DNA of 64,000 bases from a virus. A program made the position numbers and the translations under genes. Where the stretch lies: IMG/VR virus record IMGVR_UViG_3300044797_000185, positions 1 through 64,000 of that record. One strand, written 5' to 3'. The notes under the pieces were generated by a model that saw only the letters and a program-made list of their open reading frames with translations, had not been told where the DNA came from and did no database searches. Below, piece by piece: positions 7,755 to 15,787 of this stretch (the stretch's first letter is position 1; the number at the start of each line of letters is the position of its first letter).

Positions 7755-10700
7755 TAAAATTGGGTCTACTTTAAAAATTTTAAAAACTGCTTCTTCTGCT
7801 ACAGATCTATTGATGGATGCACCAATGACTGAGAAACTTCCAAATTCTTCTACAATAATTGAACCAAAGCACTCGGATTTTCTTTATTATCGAGCCCGAG
7901 CCATAAGTTCTGGGGATTTTGGGCCAATGGGCAAAGATGGATCTCGTGGTTGGAATTACAATGGTAATTTTGACTACTTTCCTCGTAAAGAATTAGAAGC
8001 TTCCTATGAAACTTTCGTTGGAAGAAATATATTTTTAGATCATAATTCTGAAAGTTCTTTATATTCTATTGGTAAGATTATTGATGCTGTTCCTGTAGAT
8101 GATCCTGAAACTGGTGAATTTTATATTGAGTTGGTTGGAAAGATTGATCGAACCCTTCACCCAGAAATTTGTCGTAAGATTGAAACAGGCGAACTTAATA
8201 GTACTTCAATGGGATGCTCTGTCGATGATTCTATGTGCTCAGTTTGTGGCAATGTTCTGCATTCTGATGCAGATGAGAAATGTGACCATATGGGAATGAA
8301 TCTTGGTAAGAAGTTTCCCGCTGAGATTGATCTTCCTCAGTACAACATCCATAAAGGTGATATGGTTCCTTGTTTTTCAATTAACTCTGGCATTGTCTTT
8401 AATGAGGATAGTATTGTAGGCGTTCCTGCTGATCCTTCAGCTGTCATTAAAACCGTTTTGTCAAATATGAAAAGTCGTTTAACTAAAAAAGCTTCTCTTT
8501 CAAAAGAAGAGCAATTAGATTTAACTTCACAGATGGAAAAACTATTTGAAAAATTAGATGAGAATACAAAAGTCTCATTGAGAGCTGAATTTTGTGGCGT
8601 TTGTCCACCAGTTGAAAAGGAGTCGTCCATGGCTGATAAGAATGTTATACCTAATGATGAACAAAAAAAGATTTTATCTAAGCTTTCTGCTTTAGAGATG
8701 GAGCAACTTGAGTCTTATGTTCAGCATAAAACCAAGAAAGCTAATGAAGTAATCAATAAAGAAGTAGTTGCTGATGCTGCTTCTAAAGAAGAAACATTCC
8801 TATCTAAGATCGTTGCCAAAGTTAAAAATAGTTTTGCCGCCGAATTGTTAGAAAAAAAGATTGAAACAGTTGCTAAAGAAGAGATGAAAAAAGCTCCACA
8901 TTCAAAAGAATGTAATGATGCTAATGATAAGCATGTCGGTGAGAAAGAACTTTGTATTTGTGAAGCTAAAAAAGTTTCAGCTAAATTTCAAGAAGATAAA
9001 AATAACGTTTTAGATTCAACATGGTCAGTCAATGAAGGCGATAAATGTGTACTCGAAGCTTCCCTTAAAGATATTTGGGGTGCACAATTTGCTCTTCTTT
9101 CTTTCTCCGATCAAAAATGGGCAACTAGTGAAGCCTATGGTAAAGAAGTAATTTCTCGTTATACAAAAGAGGGTCTTGCAAAGCTTGCAGATCTTTGGGA
9201 CGTATCACATAAGCTTTCAAAAACAGCTAGTGAGCCAAAGCTTGGTCCTTCAGGGACTTATGCAACTCCTACAACTGGTACAGATAATAAGAAACATAGT
9301 TATCCTACTGAGCCTAAGTTTGTCATGCCTGGACAAGATGCAGGTCAAAAAGGCCCCGCTGCTCCAGCACATCAGGATATGAAGACTGATCCTAAATTTA
9401 AAATGTCTGGACAGGAAAAAGGCCAAACAGGTCCTGCTGCTCCTAAGCCAATGGCAGTAAAAACAGATTATTCAGAACCAAAGCCAGAAGCAGAAGGTAA
9501 AGAAGTTAAAACTACTCCTAAGAATCCAGAGGAAAAAGATGCAAAAAAATCTGAAAAAGAAGTTGAGACTTCTTATGTAGCTAAGGGTACTGAAGTAATG
9601 GAATCTGAAGAAAAAGAGAATAAAAAAGAGGAAAAGAAAGCCTCTATTGCTATTAAAGCTGAAAATTGGAAAGTTCGTTATTATGATAAAGATGATAAAG
9701 TAATTTCTTCCCATGTAATTAAAGATCGAACTGAACATGAAGCTTCTAAAGAAGCAGAAGGTGATATGCCTTCAGGATGTGAAGATTGGAGCATGATGCC
9801 TGTTAAAGAGGAAAAGAAAGCCTCTCTAATTAGCTGGACTTCCTTAACACCAAAGGCACAAGATTTTATTAAAACTGCTGCAAAGAAACATATTGCAAGT
9901 GGCATGAAGAATGCTGAAGCCGTAGCAAAGGCACACAGCGAATTTACAGCTCAGGAGACTATTATGGAAAAGAAAGCAGCCGATAAACCAGTAGAAAGCG
10001 TTGATGGATCTACTTTACCAGATGGTACGAAAAAATTTGATGCCAAACCAGAAGAAGCAGTTAAAGGTACAACCGTTCCTGGTGGTGCTGCTCCAACTAG
10101 TGCTCCTGAAACAAGTGCTCAAGGTGATAAAGAGCATAAAATTACAGATTTAACGAAAAAACCCGATGAAGCAGTAGATGGAACTACTCTTCCAAAAGAT
10201 CATATTTCTAATACTGAGAAGAGTGATGAAAGTTCAAAAAGCACCACTTTCCCAGATAGTAAGAAAGAAATAGGAGATGAAGCAGACTCAGCAGTTAAGA
10301 AAGCTGCTAAATCTGAAAGTTCTGCTCCAATTGAAGCAGTACAGGATAAACCAGCACTTTCTAAAGCAACAGTGGGTGATACTCCCGAAAGCGCACGAGA
10401 AGGTGGGGATTTAAAGAAAGATCCAAAAGATATTGAATCAGTTAATAAAAAAGCCGCAACTGAAATGCCTACTCCTCCTGAACATGCAGATCCTTTAGTT
10501 GATGATGTTAAACCAGAACATGAGATGGAAAATATGTCTCTCGATCCTATGGCCCCTAAAATGGATGCACCTAAAGAAGAAGTATCTGCATTTGATTCTA
10601 CCGAAACCCTTGATATTGGTGAAGGTTATTCTGCTTCCAAAGATAAAGAAACAAAAGAAATTATCGTTTCTAAAGATGGCAAAGAAGTAAAACGTCTCCC

Positions 10701-11370
10701 AGATGGATTTGGTAAAGAAGCTGGTGAAGTTCTTAAGCTTATGAAGGCAGTTCTTGGTCTTCCAGCTGAAGATGCAAAAATGCCATCTGCTGGTCCTGAT
10801 GTCATGGCCCCTAAAATGGATGATAAGAAAGAAGAGCCAAAAGTTGAAGAACATCCAGCTCTTGAAGAAGCCCATGAAGACGAACTTGGCATTAAGGAAT
10901 CTGCTCTTAAGGTTAAAGAAGCTGAGCTTATTAAGAAAGAAGCAGCTCTAAAGGCCAAAGAAGTTTCCGCAGCTAAAGAAGAAGCTTCTAAGAAATTCGC
11001 AGCCATTCTTCAAACACGTTCTGAACGTTGCCGCAAGATTGTTGCTGAGCTTGTTGAGAAAGAACAACTTTCTTATGATAAGACTGTTTATGAAGCAGAA
11101 CTTAAGAGTGGAGCACATCTCTTAGACGCACGTAAAAAGGCTTTCGAAGCTGCTATTACGGCTAAGATGAAAGAATTTATTGCACTTAATGATGAAGGAC
11201 TAAACGTTATGGAAGCAACAGTAAAAAGTCTCCATACTCCAACATCCACTACAAATACCAAGAGAGCAAGTCGCCTATTTGTTTCTCCTCAGTATAATGA
11301 GCAGATGTCTGAAGATGAAGAAATTGCAAAAATCTTCAAAAGCATGGGAACAAATAATAAGCCACAATAA
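7747..11370 (+). CDS. Prohead protease fused to a long scaffold/internal-protein region
   Basis: N-terminal capsid-maturation-protease-like motifs (IFLDHN...IGKIIDA...STSMGC...CSVCGN). Followed by about 900 aa of K/E/A/P-rich sequence ending in a coiled coil. Upstream of decoration and MCP genes. Confidence 0.75.
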   Translation: MINKIGSTLKILKTASSATDLLMDAPMTEKLPNSSTIIEPKHSDFLYYRARAISSGDFGPMGKDGSRGWNYNGNFDYFPRKELEASYETFVGRNIFLDHNSESSLYSIGKIIDAVPVDDPETGEFYIELVGKIDRTLHPEICRKIETGELNSTSMGCSVDDSMCSVCGNVLHSDADEKCDHMGMNLGKKFPAEIDLPQYNIHKGDMVPCFSINSGIVFNEDSIVGVPADPSAVIKTVLSNMKSRLTKKASLSKEEQLDLTSQMEKLFEKLDENTKVSLRAEFCGVCPPVEKESSMADKNVIPNDEQKKILSKLSALEMEQLESYVQHKTKKANEVINKEVVADAASKEETFLSKIVAKVKNSFAAELLEKKIETVAKEEMKKAPHSKECNDANDKHVGEKELCICEAKKVSAKFQEDKNNVLDSTWSVNEGDKCVLEASLKDIWGAQFALLSFSDQKWATSEAYGKEVISRYTKEGLAKLADLWDVSHKLSKTASEPKLGPSGTYATPTTGTDNKKHSYPTEPKFVMPGQDAGQKGPAAPAHQDMKTDPKFKMSGQEKGQTGPAAPKPMAVKTDYSEPKPEAEGKEVKTTPKNPEEKDAKKSEKEVETSYVAKGTEVMESEEKENKKEEKKASIAIKAENWKVRYYDKDDKVISSHVIKDRTEHEASKEAEGDMPSGCEDWSMMPVKEEKKASLISWTSLTPKAQDFIKTAAKKHIASGMKNAEAVAKAHSEFTAQETIMEKKAADKPVESVDGSTLPDGTKKFDAKPEEAVKGTTVPGGAAPTSAPETSAQGDKEHKITDLTKKPDEAVDGTTLPKDHISNTEKSDESSKSTTFPDSKKEIGDEADSAVKKAAKSESSAPIEAVQDKPALSKATVGDTPESAREGGDLKKDPKDIESVNKKAATEMPTPPEHADPLVDDVKPEHEMENMSLDPMAPKMDAPKEEVSAFDSTETLDIGEGYSASKDKETKEIIVSKDGKEVKRLPDGFGKEAGEVLKLMKAVLGLPAEDAKMPSAGPDVMAPKMDDKKEEPKVEEHPALEEAHEDELGIKESALKVKEAELIKKEAALKAKEVSAAKEEASKKFAAILQTRSERCRKIVAELVEKEQLSYDKTVYEAELKSGAHLLDARKKAFEAAITAKMKEFIALNDEGLNVMEATVKSLHTPTSTTNTKRASRLFVSPQYNEQMSEDEEIAKIFKSMGTNNKPQ

Positions 11371-11576
11371 AATTTGATAAAACCTAGGTCAAACTTGGTT
11401 GTATGTGGGAATACATCCTCGTAAATGTTTCAGTCTTACCGATTAGTTTAAAAGAATAAAAGAACCCGATTTCCCACAAATAAATTGTGGGCCTTTAAAA
11501 AGCCTAACAACTAGAGAAGATTAGAATCGCCCATCAAAAAACACAAACAAAAATAAATTAATTAAGGAGTTCTAAG

Positions 11577-12047
11577 ATGGCAATTCGAATCGTTAAAGAA
11601 GTCAATCGTTCCGTCTCATACCCAATCGCCTCTGGGAATATCGTTGGTGGAAATCTATTGCAGTTAAACGCAAGTGCACAGCTCTTGCCCTGGGTTCACA
11701 CTCAGACAGCAGGACAGCCTTTCGGTCTCGCAATCGAATCCAACATCTTCTTCCCTCTTCAGCCAGCAAACGGTGAAGTCGCAGGTCAAGGTTTCGACTA
11801 TACCAACTTCAATCGTGGCGGTCTTGAATCCGTGTTCAACAACGGTGGAGATTTCGTTCTTTATGATGATGGTCGTGGTTTACCTTATGATTTGGGCACA
11901 TATGCTGTTAATCAGCCTGTGTATGCCTCTGCAACAGTTGATGGAAACATCACATCTGCTGCTACAAGCGGAGTTCTTGTTGGTTACGTCGTAAGTTTCG
12001 ACGTTGCAACAAATCCAACTCAGCTCGAAATCAAATCAATTATCTAA
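11577..12047 (+). CDS. Head decoration (cement) protein, putative
   Basis: 156 aa, beta-rich, strong AAGGAG SD, in the canonical slot between scaffold and MCP. Confidence 0.6.
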   Translation: MAIRIVKEVNRSVSYPIASGNIVGGNLLQLNASAQLLPWVHTQTAGQPFGLAIESNIFFPLQPANGEVAGQGFDYTNFNRGGLESVFNNGGDFVLYDDGRGLPYDLGTYAVNQPVYASATVDGNITSAATSGVLVGYVVSFDVATNPTQLEIKSII

Positions 12048-12118
12048 GTAATTAGGTAAAAATCTAGTTGTAAACAAGATTGGCCGTGAGGCTGACTTGT
12101 AATTTAAAGGAGAAATTT

Positions 12119-13075
12119 ATGAACGACAAACTAAATGTCGAAGCCTCACAAGAAATTCTCTCAGGCGCACAGGTAGAGGAAAAGCTCTCCCGTTTGATGA
12201 ATTCTCCAGGTGGACTTCAAAAAATCGCACAGCAAATGCTCTCGCCCTTAAAGCGCGAACTTTTGTACGAAGGCCGTATTCGCCAACTCTTCCAGACCTA
12301 TAAACTAGCTCTTGGAGAAGAAGCAGTATTCGATGCCGATGTTGATGTACCAGCCGCAAGCATCTCAGTCGAAGGTCTTCCTCAGCAACTCGAAGTTCTC
12401 GCAGATCGTATTCGCGTAGAAACGTCCCCTATTTCTACACGTCCTATGATTCGTTGGAATGAATCGAACTTCCGTAAATATGACGTTCTAAACAGAACAC
12501 AGGAACGCGCAAAAGCAAGCATCATGCTTCAAGAAGATACTCGTGGTTATAATTTGATCAACTTCGCAAGCGGTTTGACAAATCAGACACCCGCAGCATC
12601 ACTTGCTGGCACGACAGCTGCAACCAACAATCCTTCCGTTATTGCTAACGGATCAACAGGATTGTCGATGTATACCTTGGCTACCGCAATCGTAACTCTA
12701 AGCTCAAAGCTTTTAGTTGCCAGCAAGCTATATATCAACCCACTAACACGCAGAGACTTGTTGCTCTTTAACAATGCTCCCAGCGGTAACGGCGGGCTTG
12801 GTATCTTCGCTCCTAACTTCCAGGACATGGCTCTCAAAGCAGGTCGCGTAGGTGGAATCATGGGCGTTGACGTTCTTGAATCAATCGTAGTCCCAACATC
12901 TGCATGTTTCGTCTTGGCTCCAGCTGATTACCTAGGCGTATTGGCAATCCGCACAGACCTAAGCGTTGAAACCATGAAGGATGTAAACAAGATGGCAGAC
13001 GTGTTTGCTATCTGGGAGGATGTCGGGTTTCTTATCCGCTACGCAAAGGGAATTGTAAAAATAACCCTCCCCTAA
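12119..13075 (+). CDS. Major capsid protein (HK97-like fold, inferred)
   Basis: ATG at 12119 with AAGGAG SD, 318 aa. Codon usage is shifted toward highly expressed codons. Syntenic position fits. Confidence 0.8.
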   Translation: MNDKLNVEASQEILSGAQVEEKLSRLMNSPGGLQKIAQQMLSPLKRELLYEGRIRQLFQTYKLALGEEAVFDADVDVPAASISVEGLPQQLEVLADRIRVETSPISTRPMIRWNESNFRKYDVLNRTQERAKASIMLQEDTRGYNLINFASGLTNQTPAASLAGTTAATNNPSVIANGSTGLSMYTLATAIVTLSSKLLVASKLYINPLTRRDLLLFNNAPSGNGGLGIFAPNFQDMALKAGRVGGIMGVDVLESIVVPTSACFVLAPADYLGVLAIRTDLSVETMKDVNKMADVFAIWEDVGFLIRYAKGIVKITLP

Positions 13076-13111
13076 GTAATTGTTAGGGTCTGTATCGCAG
13101 TGTTTTTACTG

Positions 13112-13133
13112 GGGGGAATGTAAAAATTCCCCC
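13112..13133 (+). terminator. Hairpin after the MCP gene (possible weak terminator)
   Basis: GGGGGAAT-gtaaaa-ATTCCCCC, 8-bp stem, only a short T run after it. Confidence 0.4.
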
Positions 13134-13162
13134 TTGATAAAAACATAAAAATATGTTATACT
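13134..13162 (+). promoter_or_regulatory. Sigma70-type promoter, probably giving leaderless mRNA
   Basis: TTGATA-17 nt-TATACT with extended -10 TG; ATG follows after a 5-nt gap. Confidence 0.7.
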
Positions 13163-13167
13163 AATAT

Positions 13168-13806
13168 ATGGAAAAGATTAGCGGTGTCTATTTAATTACT
13201 CATATTGAAAGTAAAAAAATATATGTAGGTTCATCTATTGATATTTCACGTAGATGGAAAGAACATATAAATCATCTTAATTTAAATAAGCATGAAAATC
13301 CTAAACTTCAAAATGCTTGGAATAAATATGGAGAAGATGCTTTTAGATTTGAAATTTTAGAAAAAGTAGAACCTATCAAAGAAAAAATATTATCAATAGA
13401 ACAAATTTATTTAGATAGATATCAAAGTTACAAAAGAGAATTGGGATTTAATCTTTATAAAACTGCTGGAAGTCCTCAAGGAACCCAATGGGATGAGGAA
13501 CAAAAAGCAAGATTGTCAGAAACACGTAAAAATCAATTTAAAGTAGAAGAAGGTCATTTTAAAGGTAAAAAACATAGTCTTGGAACACGAGAAGCTATGC
13601 ATAAAGTTCATGAAGAGAGATATAAAAAACTTCAAGAAGAAGGAAAAGTACCTCCTCAAACTGGTTACAAACATACAATAGCAGCACGTAATAAAATGAT
13701 AGAAGCTAATAAAGATAGAGTTCTACCTAAAAATTTCGCAGAAAATGTTCGTAAACGTAGATTAGAAACTAAGCTAGTTAATGGTCATTGGGTTCATCCT
13801 ATATAA
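13168..13806 (+). CDS. GIY-YIG homing endonuclease with NUMOD3-like repeats
   Basis: SGVYLITHIESKKIYVGSS...RRWKEH...LQNAWNKYG; later KHSLGTR and KHTIAAR motifs. Confidence 0.9.
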   Translation: MEKISGVYLITHIESKKIYVGSSIDISRRWKEHINHLNLNKHENPKLQNAWNKYGEDAFRFEILEKVEPIKEKILSIEQIYLDRYQSYKRELGFNLYKTAGSPQGTQWDEEQKARLSETRKNQFKVEEGHFKGKKHSLGTREAMHKVHEERYKKLQEEGKVPPQTGYKHTIAARNKMIEANKDRVLPKNFAENVRKRRLETKLVNGHWVHPI

Positions 13807-13821
13807 GATATAAGAAAACCC

Positions 13822-13850
13822 TTGACAAATAGATAAAGATCTGATATACT
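13822..13850 (+). promoter_or_regulatory. Sigma70-type promoter for the small ORF and tRNA cluster
   Basis: TTGACA-17 nt-TATACT with TG extension; ATG follows after a 6-nt gap. Confidence 0.8.
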
Positions 13851-13856
13851 TAATAT

Positions 13857-13985
13857 ATGAAAGATTGCTTAAAAAGAAACCATTCTTATTGCGACCTTGA
13901 GAAATTAGATGACAAAACTGTTTGTCCTAAGTGTAAAGGATTAGTTTCCTATCGTGATTGTAAGGAATTTGTTAAAGTAGTATAG
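13857..13985 (+). CDS. 42-aa Cys-rich (Zn-ribbon-like) protein, absent from the ORF track
   Basis: MKDCLKRNHSYCDLEKLDDKTVCPKCKGLVSYRDCKEFVKVV; starts at the predicted transcription start. Confidence 0.55.
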   Translation: MKDCLKRNHSYCDLEKLDDKTVCPKCKGLVSYRDCKEFVKVV

Positions 13986-13997
13986 AGTTTGTTTAGT

Positions 13998-14070
13998 GGG
14001 CTTGTAGCTCAATTAGGAGAGCGCGTCGTTTGCAACGATGAGGTAGCAGGGGCAGAACCTGTCGGGTCCA
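13998..14070 (+). tRNA. tRNA-Ala(UGC)
   Basis: Cloverleaf; anticodon loop TT-TGC-AA; G3:U70 pair; discriminator A. CCA is not encoded (CTA follows). T-loop is atypical (GGCAGAA). Confidence 0.85.
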
Positions 14071-14093
14071 CTAAACAAATTAGTTTGTTTTGT

Positions 14094-14168
14094 TGTCTTG
14101 TAGCTCAATGGTGGAGCAAGGAGCTGTTAACTCCAAGGCTACAGGTTCGAGTCCTGTCGAGACAGCCA
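14094..14168 (+). tRNA. tRNA-Asn(GUU)
   Basis: TGTCTTG/CGAGACA acceptor stem, CT-GTT-AA loop, GGTTCGAGTCC T-arm, encoded CCA. Confidence 0.95.
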
Positions 14169-14176
14169 AATAAATT

Positions 14177-14347
14177 ATGATTGATAAAGCTTGGATGAAT
14201 GAATATGCTTACCAAGTAAAGACTTGCCCTAGATGTCATAAAAATTCATTTTGTTTAATTTTTGAATGCAACGAATTTGGGCAAGAATGGGAATGTGCGG
14301 AAAGCACTTGTGGATACAATCCAAAGTGTGCCCATTGTAATAAATAA
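14177..14347 (+). CDS. 56-aa Cys-rich protein, absent from the ORF track
   Basis: MIDKAWMNEYAYQVKTCPRCHKNSFC...WECAESTCGYNPKCAHCNK. Confidence 0.55.
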   Translation: MIDKAWMNEYAYQVKTCPRCHKNSFCLIFECNEFGQEWECAESTCGYNPKCAHCNK

Positions 14348-14617
14348 GATTTTGCCTCATGTACCATGTTGTACACTGAGATTAGCCCAGGTGCAGGGCC
14401 GTGGGCAGTTATAATCCACAAGTAATGTACCACAATTTAGTCTAGAAAAAGTAACATGCTCAACGAGAAGAAGAAAAATGTAGTGCTATCTACGATGGGA
14501 TTGATCACCTTGAAGAGTCCTCTTCCCCGATCATAGCTGTGAGCCTAGACCTATATTCCCCCTGTTATTCGTAGCAGGGCGCAGGGCTGCAAAGCTCTTG
14601 CATTATTCTCAAAAGTA

Positions 14618-14690
14618 CCCTATTGAATACTGAGAAAGCCTTTGGTAGATGAGGATTAAGTGTCATTGGAATATGACCGCTTCAATAGGG
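14618..14690 (+). ncRNA. Candidate structured RNA upstream of the tRNA-fMet
   Basis: Perfect 10-bp closing stem CCCTATTGAA/TTCAATAGGG enclosing two small hairpins. Confidence 0.3.
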
Positions 14691-14698
14691 ATCAATTT

Positions 14699-14774
14699 CG
14701 CGGGTTAAAGTTCTGGTGAACTTATCGGTCTCATAAGCCGATTTAGAGTAGTTCGATTCTACTATCCGCAACCA
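14699..14774 (+). tRNA. tRNA-Met(CAU), initiator (fMet)-like
   Basis: CT-CAT-AA loop, C1:A72 mismatch, encoded CCA; anticodon stem TCGGT/GCCGA. Confidence 0.9.
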
Positions 14775-14775
14775 T

Positions 14776-14873
14776 TTGGTGAACCTATTGTTCATGTGCT
14801 GGAGACTAGGATGCCTCGCAAGGGCTTAAAGGTATTCACAGGTTTTGCAACCTGGAAGTGCATGATCCACCAA
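14776..14873 (+). ncRNA. Candidate multibranched RNA downstream of the tRNA-fMet
   Basis: Nested stems TTGGTG/CACCAA and TCATGTGCT/AGTGCATGA, a GCAA-loop hairpin and a CAGGTT/AACCTG hairpin. Confidence 0.35.
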
Positions 14874-14985
14874 TAATTTAAAAGAAGAAGTTCATACCTT
14901 AATGTACTGCACAGAAAAATAAAGACTTTCACCTCGCTTAGATTAGAGTTTCAAAAATCTAATACTTCTAAGGAGACACACAATA

Positions 14986-15576
14986 ATGGCTATAATGACA
15001 CGTTCAGTTACAAATACAAGTTCGTTAAATCCTATAACTTTGTTCGTTCCAGGATTTGATCCTGAAAATCCACTCGTAATTGCCCCTAGCACAACCGTTG
15101 ATCTTTTATCAATGATGCCCGCAGAGGCACTTCATGCAATGCAGGGAAATCTTTCCCAACTCATCGCTGCTGGTGAATTGGTACTCCCTGATCCAGTTAA
15201 TGCTACAGTTGACTCATCTGTAATATATCCTGGTGCAATGTTGAGTTGGATTTCAGCTAATGATACACAGATCGTATTTAATCCTACAGCTTCAAGTGGT
15301 GGACATGTTGCTGGTGCCGCTACCGCTCTTCAGTTAACAAACGCAGCAGGAGCAATTGATTCTTGGGATAATAGTACAACAGTAGTTGTTTCTGTTGCTT
15401 CTGGTGGAACAGCCCCTCTTATTAATGGACATGCTTCTCCAGTTACTATTACAATGAGTATGGGACAGGCTGCAATTGTTGTTACTGATTCAGCTTCAGG
15501 AAGTGTGCATTTGGCACTTTCAGCTCCTAGCCGTTCATTAACAGTTAGCTCCACATACATTGCAACACTAAGCTAA
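14986..15576 (+). CDS. Putative virion structural protein (beta-rich)
   Basis: AAGGAG SD; Ser/Thr/Ala/Val-rich, Ig-like C-terminal half. Confidence 0.55.
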   Translation: MAIMTRSVTNTSSLNPITLFVPGFDPENPLVIAPSTTVDLLSMMPAEALHAMQGNLSQLIAAGELVLPDPVNATVDSSVIYPGAMLSWISANDTQIVFNPTASSGGHVAGAATALQLTNAAGAIDSWDNSTTVVVSVASGGTAPLINGHASPVTITMSMGQAAIVVTDSASGSVHLALSAPSRSLTVSSTYIATLS

Positions 15577-15588
15577 ATGTAAAAAGAT

Positions 15589-15632
15589 TACATTAGAGAG
15601 ATCTGAAATATGGTCTCTCTGAATGTAGTTTT
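15589..15632 (+). terminator. Hairpin followed by GTTTT (possible terminator)
   Basis: TACATT-AGAGAGA ... TCTCTCT-g-AATGTA. Confidence 0.45.
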
Positions 15633-15787
15633 CGCAAATAAGTCCTATGCAGTAATGTGTGTGCAAGATAGCCTGTATAGGCGTTGCACAGATTTCGTAT
15701 CCTCGCCTAAACGTCTCGAATAGAAAATTAAACCGAGTTGTATTAGATAAGAATATGTAAAAATATTAAATCACAAGGAGTTACACA

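Noticed and set aside
13989-14180. 63-aa ORF in the track
   Set aside because: It overlaps tRNA-Ala and tRNA-Asn; it is a translation of the tRNA genes.
14575-14605. Possible tRNA-Cys (GGGC-TGCAAA-GCTC)
   Set aside because: No acceptor stem, D-arm or T-arm can be built around it.
14775-14880. HDV-like (theta) or hammerhead ribozyme next to the tRNA
   Set aside because: No P1 partner for a nested double pseudoknot and no CUGANGA/GAAA core found by eye. Kept only as an unassigned structured-RNA candidate.
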